A stretch of DNA of 64,000 nt from Botryllus schlosseri (GCA_051294905.1 CM119372.1:31808001-31872000), one strand, 5' to 3'. Positions 1 to 13,435 are shown, numbered from the stretch's first letter. Notes: a model not told the origin generated them from the letters alone. A program made the numbers and translations.

Positions 1-683
1 TAATGCCAGTGTTTAAGAAAGGCTGCAAAAAGTTAATTTTTAACTACCGACCAATATCCGTTTTGTCAAATCTTGCCACGGTTTTTGAGAAACTGATTGA
101 CTGCCGACTCAAGAATTTTTTTGAATTGAATGCTGTACTGTCTCTGACTCAGCATGGATTCAGATCAAACCACAGTACCAACCATGCAATACTATCAATT
201 GTAACGGACTATTACAAAACCATCAAGCAAAAAAAGTGGCTGCAGCATTTTTATCGACCTCCGCAAAGCCTTCGACACAGTTAACCACATAATGTTAAGA
301 TACAAGCTAGAACACTATGGAATCAGGGGTATTGCAGCAACTCTACTTGAAAGCTACCTGGCAAACCGCAAACAATTTGTTAAACTGGGGACATTTAGAA
401 CGACTACCAGAGATATAACTTGTGGAATGCCACAAGGCTCAGTCCTTGGACCGACTTTTTTCCTCATTTATATTAACGACATTGTTAATGCATCTTTATT
501 CCGCACAACCCTATTTGCTGATGATACTCACCTCTCCATATCCTCTAACACTGTCAATGATTTGCATGCATCCGTGAATAGGGAACGCCCAAAAGTGTCG
601 AGATGGCTGCAAGCAAACAAACTAAGTTTGAATGCAGATAAGACCGAGATGCTCCTTTTAAATAATCCCAATCATAGTTTCAC

Positions 684-2435
684 CAGCGTGTACTAAAAGT
701 TGGTGTGGACACTCGGAAAATCACGTGACTGTCACGCCCAGATACCTTTGACGACTTTGTTATTGTCGATCCGTCAGCAACAGTAAGTAAAGGCAAAGTC
801 GCTATTGCTCTTCGTTGATTTCAACTATGTTCCATATCGATTTGGGTGACATAATTTCGTATGGTATATTTTGATGCTGTCATCGTGCGCTATACCAAGT
901 TTCAAGACTATGGCTTTATGACTAGCGTAGTAATTTCGCTGTCGAAGTCGAGTATCGAGTAAATCAGCTCGCACCGATATATTGTAGACTTTGATAACGG
1001 AATTACTATGCTAATCATTGAGTGACGATACTGAAACTTACTGCGAAGCTGCATAACACAACCAAGATATACCATGCCAAATTTAGTCATCCATCTCGGT
1101 ATGGAAGACTTTCAAAATTCACATATACCAATATCAAATTTTGCGAAAATTCATTTATGCGGTAGGCGCAATGCCAAACCAGCACACTCAGAACCTGGAT
1201 ACTCGAATTTGATAACGTACTTACTACTTTATAGAGTCACACTCTTGAAACTTGGTACAGTGTTAGATTCCTTCATCTAGGTATACAATACGAAATTTTA
1301 CTATCCATAGCCGTATAAAATACATTTAAATTGCGCACATACCAATACTGGCTTTTGCAATAAAATCTGCTATGCGGCAGGTTGAATGCCAAATCAGCGC
1401 GCACCCTGACATACGCGAATTTGATAACGAAATTGCTACCGTAATAATTGAGTCACAGCCTTAAAACTCCATACAGTGCCAGATGTCTCCATCAGAATAT
1501 ATAATACGATATTTTGTTATCTACTGCGGAAGCGAAATAAAACACATTCAAAACCTACATATAGCATGATAGCAATTTCGGCTTTTGTGGAAAATCTGAC
1601 ATGCAGTAGGCTAGATGGCAGGTCAGCGATGTACTTGATATACTCGACTATGATAACGAAATTACTATCCTGATCACCGACTCACACCCTCAAAAATGGG
1701 TTCAGTGTAAGATGCAATCATCTAACCTTCAGCCTACCGCATAACTGATTTTTCACGAAAAACAGTATTGGTATGTGTAGATTTTGATTGTGTCCTATAC
1801 GGCGATGGATGACAATATTTCGTACTACATATCTTCATGATGGCATCTAACACTGTACGAAGTTTTAAGGCTGTCACCCAATAATTACAGTAGTAAGTAT
1901 ACGTTATCAAAGTCGAGTATTAAGGGTCCGCGTGCGCTGATGTCGTAATTAGCCTACCGCTTAATTGAATTTTCGCAAAATTTGATATTGGTATATGTGA
2001 GTTTTGAAAGTGTTCCATACGGAGATGGATGACGAAATTTGGCATGGTATATCTTGGTTGTGTTATGCAGCATCGCAGTAAGTTTCAGTATCGTGACTTA
2101 ATGATTAGCATAGTAATTCCGTTATCAAAGTCGACAATATATCGGTTCGCGCTGATTTACCAGACACTCGACTTCGACAGCGAAATTACTACGCTAGTCA
2201 TAAAGCCGTAGTCTTGAAACTTGGTACAGCGCATGATGACATCATCAAAATATACCATACGAAATTATGTCACCCAACTCGATATGGAACATAGTTAAAA
2301 TCAACGAAGACCAATAGCGACTTTGCCTTTAATTACTGTTGCAGACTGATCGACAATAACAAAGTCGTCAAAGGTATCTGGGCGTGACAGTCACGTGATT
2401 TTCCAAGTGTCCACACCACCTTTGAGTACACGCTG
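684..2435. mobile_element. Non-autonomous foldback DNA transposon with very long TIRs (Galileo/P-superfamily-like)
   Basis: Termini CAGCGTGTAC...GTACACGCTG. Perfect 7-bp TSD GTTTCAC (677-683, 2436-2442). Arms ~684-1385 and ~1725-2435 are inverted copies (mirror ORFs 908-1090 - and 2029-2211 +) built of degenerate ~220-bp subrepeats. Confidence 0.85.
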
Positions 2436-3023
2436 GTTTCACTGTGAACATCAATCATCAACAAATCTCCATATGTGACTCAGCAAAATATCTCGGCGTC
2501 ACCATTGATGCCAAAATGTCTTCGAAGCAGCATATTGAATGCACAATATCAAAACTAGCTCAGCGTATGGGAATAATGACCCGTCTGCAATCTTTGGTTT
2601 CCAGATCATTAATACGAACCATCTATTTCTCTCTTTTCCACTCTCACCTGCAATATGGAATCGTAGTATGGGAAAGTGCATGCAAAACATTTCTGTGCAG
2701 AATTCGAACTCTGCAAAACCGTGCGATACGGCTGATCTCATCTGTACCTTTACGTACCAAACTATCGCCCTACTACCGTAAGCACCGAATTTTGCAAGTT
2801 GACGAACAATATCGCTTCGAAGTATCAAAAGTCATTCACAAATATTTTTCCAATAGTTTGCCTCCTGTGTTTGATGACTTTTTCATGCCTGCTAAAAATG
2901 TTCACTCCCATTACACGAGATCCTCGTCTAACGGAAATATCTACTTACCCCCACCCAATAGCAACCTAACTAAGAAATCTATCGACTACTCGGGACCTAT
3001 CATCTGGAATGCATTATCATCAA

Positions 3024-4753
3024 CAGCACCGTAACTGCCGCACCCCAAACCCCCCAATTGGGGGGGCCGAGCTCGAAGGGGGCCCAAAACTATTTCGTGA
3101 ATTAGCATAAATCATAGAGTATTTTTTGAAAATTTATGCAATTTTTTCGCGCACCGCGTGAATTCAAGTAGCCATTTATCTTTATTATTGGGTATTGGGT
3201 CCTTAGCGCGCCACGACCCACCAAGACATGCAATCAAGTTTTAGGCCATATAACATGCGACTCCAAGAAGTGTGCCAGAACGATCGGCAGCGAGAAAACC
3301 TTGGCCGAAAGGTCTATGCCCTTATGCTGACCGAAGACTTCGTTATATATACAAAATACATATAGGTTTAATTGTCCATAGGCGCCTAAATGACTGGCGC
3401 CGAATGTTTTTTTTTTTTAGGGGTAACCGGAGGAACCGCAGTAAACCTCCCCCTGTAACGCTTGTGACAGACTGGGTGGTTAGCCACAGCACAACGTCAC
3501 AAGCGCCGTAATAGGGCCCTTTTGTGTCGTAGGACACAAAAGCACCCATCTCGGTTTGCTTCTGTTTCTGTTTTTCGCTCAGAGTTTCGTCCGTTTACTT
3601 CAAGGTTCAAACAGTTGGCACAAGCAGGCTTTGACTGGGGGCGTCTGCGGCCACTTGTCCCGCCGCCACCATACTTGTGCCTGGAATACTGGCCCGTCAA
3701 GTGGACACAGATCCCGGGGTCGGAATATGAAGGCCTGACGGCCATACTCTTCCTGGGTGTGCAAGTGATTGGAGGGATCGATTGTACCGCTACGGTTTCG
3801 CACCGGCCAGCGTCCAGTAAGCCGATGCTTACCTTAATACAACCAAATACTCCGCCAAATGTTCCTGTCTTTGCAATCTGAACTTCACAAGACAAATAAC
3901 ATCCCGCTGGGAAAAAATTAATGCCAGTGAAGAAATACCAATTTGAAATCGTGTGCGTTTCTTAGTTTAGAAGCCTACGTTTGGGCGATTCTATATTTTT
4001 TGATATAGCAGCAGACTGGAAGTCACTAAATAACATCATGTAGCGAAGTCATATCAACGGGTCCGCTCGCCCGAAGATGTTTAATTATTATTTACGGGCC
4101 CCTCCCGTTTTCAAGACACTTCACTCAGCTCTACCGGTAAATCTAATTACGTGAGTAGAGAGGATAATAAATTGAAAGCATGATATATCTGCAATCGCCG
4201 ATCTGATTGACCAATTTTATCATAAATTATCGAAAATTTTCGCGCTTCGCGCTGGCTCACAATACAGTACAGATGATTTCGTGACAAACGCGAACAACGT
4301 GATGGAGGGGTCGTTTCATCACCCTATGGGAGCCCAAGACCCACGTTTTTGGGGGCCTGACGAGGTGCTGCTTCGTTCCTGCCAACGGGTATACGCCCGA
4401 AGACGTTTAATTATTATTGAGTGGTCCTACCTTTTCAAACACACCTCACTCAGCTCCACCGGCAAATCTGATTACGTGAGCATAGAGAAGATAAAAATTG
4501 ATAACAATATAGATGCAATTCCCGATCATACTGACCGATTCAGTCATGAATTCTAGACATTTCTCGCGCTTCGGCGACAGAAGCTGGTTAATCTAATGAA
4601 ACTCCCAACGAATATGATAGATAGCCGTAAACAGGGTATCGGCGGAGGGGGGTCTGGGGGGCGAAGCCCCCCAGAAGTTCGGTCTATAACCCTATGAGGG
4701 GCCCAAGACCAAAGTTTTTTTGGGGGGCCTGACGAAGTGCTGTTACGGCCCTG
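3024..4753 (+). mobile_element. Non-autonomous hAT element (CAGGGCCGTAAC-type ends), copy 1
   Basis: Ends CAGCACCGTAACTGC...GCTGTTACGGCCCTG, with a degenerate 8-bp TSD ATCATCAA/ATCACCAC in the LINE. Homologous to 23343-24528 and 40031-42457. Confidence 0.8.
3409..3852 (-). mobile_element. 5'-truncated poly(A)-tailed retroposon (SINE or LINE 3' UTR) nested in the hAT element
   Basis: T-run at 3407-3418 is poly(A) on the minus strand. 11-bp TSD CGCC(G/A)AATGTT (3398-3408, 3853-3863). The segment is absent from the other two copies of the host element. Confidence 0.75.
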
Positions 4754-5446
4754 ATCACCACATATATCCGTGAATTACCTTATAATAGATTCAAAAACCA
4801 CTTGATCACCTCTTGTCGTTACACTAACACTGTTGCCTACCTCGCCCAGACATTGCTTCATTGATCATTTGCTACCATCGCTTAATTTTTCTTCTATTTT
4901 GTTAACTACCGTAACATTTTTTACTGTCAGACTGTTTAGAGTCAAGTGTACCTGTTTGATGACGGTGTGATCGGACTAGATGACCTTCACGGTCTTATCG
5001 ATCATTCCTATCTATTACCGAATACTGAGCGTGCATGCATATTTTCTGCACCACCACCACTGCCGTGTGTTATGTATTTTGGTTGGATAAAAATAAAGAC
5101 TCTCTCTCTCTCTCTTAACTGGTTTTAGTCGTCGGAGAGCTGCCCCTACTGAACCTTTACATACAGTGCAAGAAGAAGCACGAACAACAAGTTTATTTGA
5201 TTACTGAAGTAACTGTTTTCGCTCATTTAAACTCTGGGATCCAACCAACGCTGGCTAGCGAGAAAAGGATTACTATCAGTTTCAGTTTATTTCAAAAGTA
5301 AAACGTAAAGCTTAATAACAATAAAGGTTCTTCTACCCCGTCAACGCATGTAGCTGTATTATCATTTTACATATATGAAGATAATATCGTGCCTTCCAAA
5401 TAAACGAGATTGCATTCAAGATATACGGAATCGTCATGGTCACTCT

Positions 5447-6550
5447 TTATGGCACTGAGCCAGATTTTATCCTGTTATGTCTCATCCCCATTTCAATGTT
5501 TTCCTCCTTCGTTGCAGGCTGCTGCTTTTCGCTGTTTCCATTCGCTGCCGGTGGTCGGCATAAGCAAAAGATACCCTGCAGAGAACGCCTGGTCGAATCG
5601 CGTATAGACTTTGAGCCGAGGTTGTAAACGATGGGGTTGACGGATTCCGTGAAGCTCAACAGGAACCGCGAAGTCAGGAAGATTACTGCGTAGAAGCGAG
5701 GTGATTCGTAATCGCGGAGCATACTAAAAGCGAGATAGCAAGTCTTGGGAACGTCACCAAAAAGGAAAGTCACAATGATCAAAGCAAGCTGCAGCAACGC
5801 GTTCTTATATTCTTTGCTGTATTTGTGAGTTCTCGTGAGTTTTTGTCTCTTCGACTTCTGCACAAGCAGTGAGAACCCGACAGCAACACACAGAATGATG
5901 ATCAAAGTCACCGGAATAAAGTTGTTGACCAGGGCTTCAACAATATTGTAAATGCGAAACACCCATGCGTGATGGGCTCTGTAATAGCAAATCATACTCG
6001 TCGCATAAGTAGAGTATCGGACATCCACGCAGTAAGCTGGAACCGGCACAATGACCATGATGTTGATCGCCCAGACTGCCATAACCATACGTTTGGCTCG
6101 TTCCAGAGTCATTATCTTGCTTGCTCGATGGGGACGATGAATAGCGTACATTCGCCAAATTGAGAGTGCCAACACTGAATGGGCTGTCACAGCCGGCGTA
6201 ACAGTGAGCATAGGATACATTGCCTTGCAGATTGCTCGGTTCCAAGGATAATCTATTCCCATGGTGGCATACACAAACTGGATAATGACGAAAGGCGTTC
6301 CGAGAATGGAAACGATATCAGAACAGCATAAGCTAATGAGGATGACATTGAGAGGGGTTTGTGTCATTCTACGAAGGGCAATCAGTGCGATTATATTCGA
6401 AACGAGTCCGAAGGTCCACGTCGTCCCGAAAGCTGTCGAAATCAAATATAGCTCTATTTGCCCGATCGTAGGTGGCAGCTGAGGTGACGCGGTTGTTGCT
6501 AAAGATATGTTCGGGTCGAATGCGTGGTCCAAAATTGAGCTATGATTCAT
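5447..6550 (-). CDS. Orphan class A (rhodopsin-family) 7TM GPCR, single coding exon, 367 aa
   Basis: Seven hydrophobic segments: TM1 Asn (SNIIAL), TM2 SLCCSD, Cys at the start of TM3 and in ECL2, DRY site as WRM, TM4 Trp, TM5 FIP, TM6 FxxxxxP, TM7 NPIVY. Pyrimidine tract + CAG acceptor at 6594-6620 (5'UTR intron). Minus-strand AATAAA at 5192-5197. Confidence 0.92.
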   Translation of the reverse strand: MNHSSILDHAFDPNISLATTASPQLPPTIGQIELYLISTAFGTTWTFGLVSNIIALIALRRMTQTPLNVILISLCCSDIVSILGTPFVIIQFVYATMGIDYPWNRAICKAMYPMLTVTPAVTAHSVLALSIWRMYAIHRPHRASKIMTLERAKRMVMAVWAINIMVIVPVPAYCVDVRYSTYATSMICYYRAHHAWVFRIYNIVEALVNNFIPVTLIIILCVAVGFSLLVQKSKRQKLTRTHKYSKEYKNALLQLALIIVTFLFGDVPKTCYLAFSMLRDYESPRFYAVIFLTSRFLLSFTESVNPIVYNLGSKSIRDSTRRSLQGIFCLCRPPAANGNSEKQQPATKEENIEMGMRHNRIKSGSVP

Positions 6551-9123
6551 CTTTAGCGCGTATAAACTCTGCCTTTCAGCCTAATTTCTTTGCCTGCAAG
6601 TTGGAAAGAAACAAATATGGATTGTATTATTTCTAGACTGATATGTAGGCCACTACAGTCAGCACCTAAACAGTAATTTGCTATCACACCCAAAAATGTT
6701 GTCATCTACGCATCATTTCATCTTCACTCTTTATGCATACAGTTAACTAACTCTAGGGCTATCATACGTCCTCATTTAGGAGGATTTGTCTTCCTTTTTC
6801 AAGCAGTCGAAAATTTTTACATCACACGTTTTCTCACCAGCCACATATATTTTGTGACTTGTAAAAAGTTTCCTGTTTTTTCGGATCTCTCCATGTAGCG
6901 CGAGCTAAGTCTGGTGTTGCGCGATTCGCGAACAAGCGAGTATAGGTAGCGGCGACCGAAGGACGTATCTAACTTGGTGATATCGGTTTATTATTACGTG
7001 CTTATTTTCTAGTCACGCGACGAGCGAAAGGTTTTGGAAATTAATGAATAAATCTCAGTAAATGATATTTGCATATATTGCCAATAATTTTATATCCTCT
7101 CGCAGATTTACCGGTTGCCTGAAGTTTCAATATCGAATGTTTCTGTCAGCATGACGCGGTCTTTTGGTGTCACGGTTTCATCACCGCAGATATTTTTGGC
7201 ATTGCGAAGGGTGAAGAACAATATCAAGTTTAATAAATCCGCCCCATATATTCTTCCTGTCGATTTACGTAATAGTTTTGGGCCCCTGCGCGGTTGCTAA
7301 TCTCATTTGGGAGCGGCAGTTACTGTCCACAGTACATAACATTTGCATCAAAAGTTCATTATCATGGAAAGGAGACAGTGACATACAGAAATCGATTTGA
7401 TATTATAAGCTTTCCACTATATTATGCCATGTTCACTAGATTAATATGTAATTATAATAAACCGATTAATTATGCGTATACATTGCACACATTATATGGC
7501 AATTCTTCTCTAAATACATTTCCCTTCCTGCGACCGGCCATTTTTGTCTGTTTTGTAGTTTGAATTACACATATGAAGTGCGATGGTAAATAATTTTTTG
7601 TTTGTTTCTGTCTCTAAGCTTTAGGAGCAGCACCATACTTTTCAAATTTGTCAGCGGTTGCGTTAAGTGAAGTTAAGAGGACACCGACACACTCTCACAC
7701 ACGCTTACACAGTATATAGTTTATTCTTTAGATTGCGACAGAATTACGGAAAGAAGCAATAAGCTCCATCGTGTTGGGTGGGAATTATCTTTTGAACATG
7801 ACAGATTTCAAATGGGGGTGATACCGCTTTTACAAGCTTAACAAAGCAAATCAGTACCTTCAGTTTATGGAAACCTTGATGCAATGATGCAACCTTGTCA
7901 CGGCCATTCAATCGCAAGTCGAGTCAAAATTACCTATAGATACCCATTGGTATGAACTAATAAAGCAGTGGTTCTCAGCAGGGAAGCCACGGCACCATCG
8001 GCTGCCATTTCGAACGCTCAAGGATGCCGCGAGATAATGAGATACTTCGTTTAGCTTAAACCCGCGCGATTAAGTTGCGATTTATGGTTGGAAATTTACT
8101 AAATACTGACGATTCTACATTGCAGCGTAAGGTTCGTGAAAATGCGCCGGAAGTCGGCACAACAGAAACTGGAGAGATTGTTATAACTTATAATACGATA
8201 ACCCGTGCTTGTCAACGTTTACGAAATAGTACTTACACACCGAATCTGTAGTTTAATCGGAATGAGTATGAACAGGGCTGCATGGTATTGGAAATGCGAT
8301 TTTCCCTGTCGAATTTCATGAGCCAGTTGCCTGGGGGAGACGGTGACCATGTTCTGAGTCCCCGTCATAATCATATCTAAATCTTTGAGAGCGTTTCTTT
8401 TCGGGAATTCAATTTTAACAAGAGCATAGCAGAAAATCATTGCTGGCAAAGCTGGCAACTATGCGAGCAAGGATGGTAATCTCTTCTTGACCAAGATTTT
8501 TGTTTTCGGATACGTTGAGAAGTGAGTCCTAAAATTTAGTACAATTTTGAAATTCTTCAAATTCTTCGTTTTGTGCCAAATCTGACAATCTGAAAATAAG
8601 TGGAGAATGTAACTTATCATTTAAATAGGATTTATGGGCTGCCCTATCGCGGCAGTAAAGGCAGAAATCGCTAGCTAAACACCTTTTCTATAGTGAAAAA
8701 GGAACCATTGCCAACGCTAACGGTTAAATTATAAAGAGAAATATTTGGTTATGACATCACCAATCTAGAATGCAATAACTTACAGGCTGCGTACTTGAGA
8801 CAAATGTTGTAGTCTACTGTATACATCAGGGATGGGCAAACTTTTCATCTCTTGGGCCGCATTCAACATCTGAATCCATTCGCGGGCCGCACTATATTAA
8901 ATTGGGATTATTATCTTAAGCGCAATATTATTATGTATATTTATATGGGGACCGGAGACTTATGGAAATGATACATATGTATATATTTAAAATAAATCTG
9001 ACAATAATTTAATGATAACGAACACGCGTCAGAAACATTGACAAGATTTTTCAAGCTGGTCATCCTCAATAACCAATTTGGTAAAATTTGGGATGAAAGG
9101 AGACTGTCACGATTCTTATAAGT

Positions 9124-10469
9124 CAGGGGTGGGCAATTATTTTCCTCCGCGCGTCAAATGAGAAAAATAAATACGTTGGCGAGCCGAGTGAAAAAATTTA
9201 GCTATATTCTCCAGCGTATTTTAATTGTTTTTCTAAATTACATTGTTAATAAATGCTGCCCAGTGAATGCGTTGATATTAGGTAATGAGAAAGTGACGGT
9301 TAATTAAAAAATATCTATTAGCTGTAATGATTCGAAACAATGTTAAACATGATAAATTTTAGCTCTCTTCAAACCCCTATCTACGTTCTTCTATTAAGAC
9401 TCCAAAACAGTGGTTCTCAAACTATTTAGACACGCCTCCCTTTATGATAGTGAACAATTTCGCGCCCACTTATCATGATGTCACAAAAATTGAAAAGTGC
9501 AACCAGAATGCTAGCAATCTCAACGGATAGTTTGATGGCATGGAAGATTGTGGCTGGTGATGAGAGAATTGTGAAATATTAAAGTCGGACAATACATAAA
9601 GCAACAACTATTATCGCGCGGAGCGCGAAAACTTTTTTCAATAAACTTCGGCTTCGCGCCACCTTTTTGCTGCTTTGACGTCTCCCAGTTCGAGAACCAC
9701 TGCACTGAAATGTACATGCAATAGTACAAAGCTTATATTCTTGGTCTCTGCCTTCCGAGCCGTGTGCAGGTTAAATAGCCTTTATGTTGAGCAAAGCTTG
9801 CAGTTTTTCTGAACTTTCTGAACCCTCCCTTGACCGAGTGTTCCGTACTTTTGTCATAAGACCAGCTTAAATTAAAATCCTTAATCTTGGCGACATGATC
9901 GGCCACCACTGAAAGGATGGGTTTACCCCTGACTTCAGTATGCGAATATTCAGTGCTCTAAATTTTAAACCGAAACCTTCTTTGAATTTCAGTTTTCGGC
10001 TTTCTTTTTTTTTGGCATGCCCGTTAATCCTTTATGGGTGATAGATATGATGAGTCATATAGTAATCGCGAGCACTGATTGACTTGTTTTACGAATTACG
10101 AATTACGAATTAAGGATTTGGAAAAACATCACGTCACAAATTGAAACACATACCGTGTAATGTGTAATGTGACAATGTCAACAAGGAAGGCTTGAACTGA
10201 ACTATACGGAAAGAGTGATTTCTTGTGACTTCAATTGCGACTCATACTTTGCCACATTGCCATTATTTTGAATCTGGATTACGCATGCCAGTTACGTAGT
10301 CAGCCTAATCGTGACATATTAATTAACAGGCTTCAAAGTGAACGAATTTCCTGTTCATTTGATACAGCCTATGGTTCTAGTCATTCAAAAAGCAAGTTTT
10401 ATGTTTTGAATTCCAAGCAACTTTTCGCGGGCCGCATTTGGCCCGCGGGCTGCACTTTGCCCAGGTCTG
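9124..10469. mobile_element. Nested hAT (Charlie-like) element, itself containing a CAGTGGTTCTC MITE at ~9408-9702
   Basis: CAGGGGTGGGCAA...TTGCCCAGGTCTG; TSD TTATAAGT/TTATAAGC. Confidence 0.7.
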
Positions 10470-10716
10470 TTATAAGCGGATGTAAATTTGAATCTGAGGA
10501 ACAATATCTTCATAGATTTGCAGATTCTACTTTTGGTTTATCTCCGGACAGACAATGCTGCTGACAGCATCATAACCATGCTACCTTCAATATACGCTTC
10601 TACGATATAGAGTTAATATAAAAATAAAATAATTCTATACATATCGAGAACATAGCTATACTTAACACACGCGCGAAGCGGTGTCCCAAATACGGAAACA
10701 AAAGTATTAAAATTAC

Positions 10717-11695
10717 TAGGGATGGTGTAAACCTCTGAAAGGTTCAGGTTCGTGTGAACGCGAACCTAATTGAAAGGTTCTGCGTGAACGCGAACGTGAA
10801 CCTCATGACGTCACGCGACATCATATTGCTAATTCCAATCATTTCTTTAAATGAAGTGATAGCCTATATTAATGTAAACGATACCTAGCGACGACTGGGA
10901 CCACATATTGCCACAATGCTGAAGTACATATTGGCGTTTTAAACGTCGCCAAATATATCAACTGAGGCAATTAAATGATATAATAATCCCATAAAATCAA
11001 TATTTTCCGTCGCTTTGCCAACAATTTCGACGAGGACTTGCCAGGGAATATAAGCTTACGCCTCAACGGTCTAAGCCAGACCAGACAATGTATTCGGCGT
11101 CTGAGAATTGCTACATTGATATTGAGCAGAGTGTAAAACGGGTTTCTATACTACCTACCGATATTACCTCACAAGTTATACAGCAGTAGCCAACACCTTA
11201 ATCGCAAGGATTTGGTCTTGATGATAAAGTAAACATATGAGGTCCAGATTGACCCCGTACGCCTGCTAGATATTTTTCATCATATAACGATATCAATCTC
11301 ATTGATTGGTTGAATAAGCATCATTCGCTGACTGCATGTAGTGTATTTCGCTCGTGATGTTGTGTGATTGCGGGTCAAGTTCACTGCAGAGATTCACTAA
11401 ATATTCACAAACGGAAAGCTGGATATTTCGAGCAAACTTTTATAACAAAGAAAGTAAAATTTTTGAGATTGTCAAGGTGCATGCTCGTTTCGTGATGATT
11501 TTTTTATGCTGCCAGTGCCATCCATAGGGTGGCTCATAGTTGAAATACAATTAATATGAACCAAAGATGTTATAATGAAGTGAAAATTGTAACATATGAA
11601 AAAGTTTCACAGTGCAGAACCTACCAGGTTCTGTTGTGAACGCGAACGTTCACACACAGAACGCGGACTTTAACCTCACGTTCACACCATCCCTT
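10717..11695 (+). mobile_element. hAT (Ac-like) MITE with GTGAACGCGAAC subterminal repeats, copy 1
   Basis: TAGGGATGGTG...CACCATCCCT; TSD AAAATTAC/AAAAATAC; homologous to 47979-48958. Confidence 0.75.
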
Positions 11696-13435
11696 AAAAA
11701 TACTAGAGTTGTCAATTTTAAACCGCACTCGTGATCCGAATTATGTTATTTCCGTTTTGAATTTCTGTGATGTTTACCAACTGAAACCTTTAAAAATGTG
11801 TGGGCCTTGAGATCAGGCTACCACGTCAGCAATGAAATAACCATCATAGTAAAACTATAAATTATTATCGTTGTCATGGGTGAATATATTAAGAAAAAGG
11901 AATGCCAAGTCGCTGCAAAAATTACATTTTAGTGCGCATTATATTTTCTCGTAGGTTTTCGCGGTCCGCACAAAACGGTGTTCCGGGCCGTAGTTTGCCC
12001 ACCCCTGGTATACGTAGTTGTAGCCGTGGGGTCCAGAGGGGTCGTGAACCCCCACCTCCTTATTTTGGAAAATTTTCGCACATTAGCAAGAAGCAATCTA
12101 TTTCAAGACAAAATATACTCAACTTGAAAGTTTTCTTTTCGTCATTTATTGTCACCAGATTCGTGATTTTTTATTGGTACCCCCTCTCGAAAAATAATAC
12201 ATTTAATTTAAAGAATTGAGTCTGACTTCATTTGCAATTATCGGATAACGGTATATTCAACGGATCGCTTGAGGTGGCTGAGATGCTATGGTAAAAAGGT
12301 GTGTTTTGTGCAGCCCACTGGTGCCGGACCATTAGACACAGGCATTGCGATGACAGTAACCCCCGTGCCACGACACACCAAGATATATATCGTTTCGGCC
12401 AACAAGACAAATGACCGACACATGTTGGCCAAAACCTTTGCCCAGGCGACGAAATGGCCGGCGCTGAATAGTCCTGTCCTTCAGTGGCGGCTCGTGACAA
12501 TATCGGGTGGTGGGGCAAGGGGTGCATGCGATGTTAATAATCCAAATGACGTCACAATAGTGTATTCTGACGTGAAAATGTGACTTCGTGGTCGTCACAC
12601 ACAGTTTGTATGGTGTATAGATATTAGGCCTGGTTAACTAGGCTTATGCATTTCAAATTTTGATAATATATTCATGACAGAAATAAATTAAAACTCGAAG
12701 CTTTTCGAGCTGACACTCTTCAAATTATTCGGAAGAAAATATTAAGTACAGTAGTTCATACCTACATATTTTAACGTTTGTATCAGTAGGCGCATTGCTC
12801 GCGGATTGATTTCATAGTTGCACAATGTTCAATGATAAATTCATTGAAATCTGGAATACCCATAATGACATCGCTGAGAATCCTGAGCACATCTACTGTA
12901 ACTCATCGAGCCTATATCTTTACACATCCCGATTCTAAGAGAAGTCTCGATGCGTTTTAATGTGCTGAAACCACGCTTGGATTCTGCGGATGAAATCGGG
13001 GTGGTCAATATGATATTAAAAAAGCTAGTTACTGCAGCAAAGTTGATAGAAAGCGATTTTTCAACTATAGGAATTTTGAAAGTTCACCACTGGTTACTAC
13101 TTCGAAAAAAAAATGCATTAGAATATAAGCCGGTCAACTCGCTAACCGAGTAATGTCGACGATCGGGTAATATCGAGACACCGTTTGCAGTAGAGACCAC
13201 ATTCTTCAGATCACGATTGCCAACTAGATAGACCGCCTCTGGCACCAGCAGTGTAAAAGTGTATAACAAGGCGTCCTTATCCTCGCTTATACTTCAGCTA
13301 TTCATTGTTATCGAAATATGTTGGGAAAAGGGTAAGAGTGCGCTTTCCTTCTGCGTACGATTAGATCAATGGACATTGGACAATTTCTAGGCTGATAAAG
13401 ACCGAGTCTCTTTACCTCTAATTATTGCTCTAAAG

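Larger units (their letters stand above)
1..5115 (+). mobile_element. L2/CR1-group non-LTR retrotransposon, copy 1 (RT to 3' end), frameshifted and split by two DNA-transposon insertions
   Basis: ORFs 3-284, 292-696 and 2444-3034 carry NYRPIS, YGIRG, PQGSVLGP, FADDT and KYLGV motifs. Colinear with the copy at 58770-61016 once 684-2435 and 3024-4753 are removed. Ends in AATAAA plus (TC)n at ~5092-5115. Confidence 0.93.
8827..12007. mobile_element. hAT (Charlie-like) non-autonomous element carrying nested elements
   Basis: CAGGGATGGGCAAAC...GTTTGCCCACCCCTG; 8-bp TSD GTATACAT/GTATACGT. Confidence 0.75.

Noticed and set aside
908..2211. Duplicated 60-aa protein gene (MTKFGMVYLG...) on opposite strands
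   Set aside because: Chance ORF mirrored by the inverted arms of the foldback element.
3530..3620. Hammerhead or HDV ribozyme in the retroposon
   Set aside because: GACGAAAC is present on the minus strand, but no CUGAnGA core with proper stems could be built.
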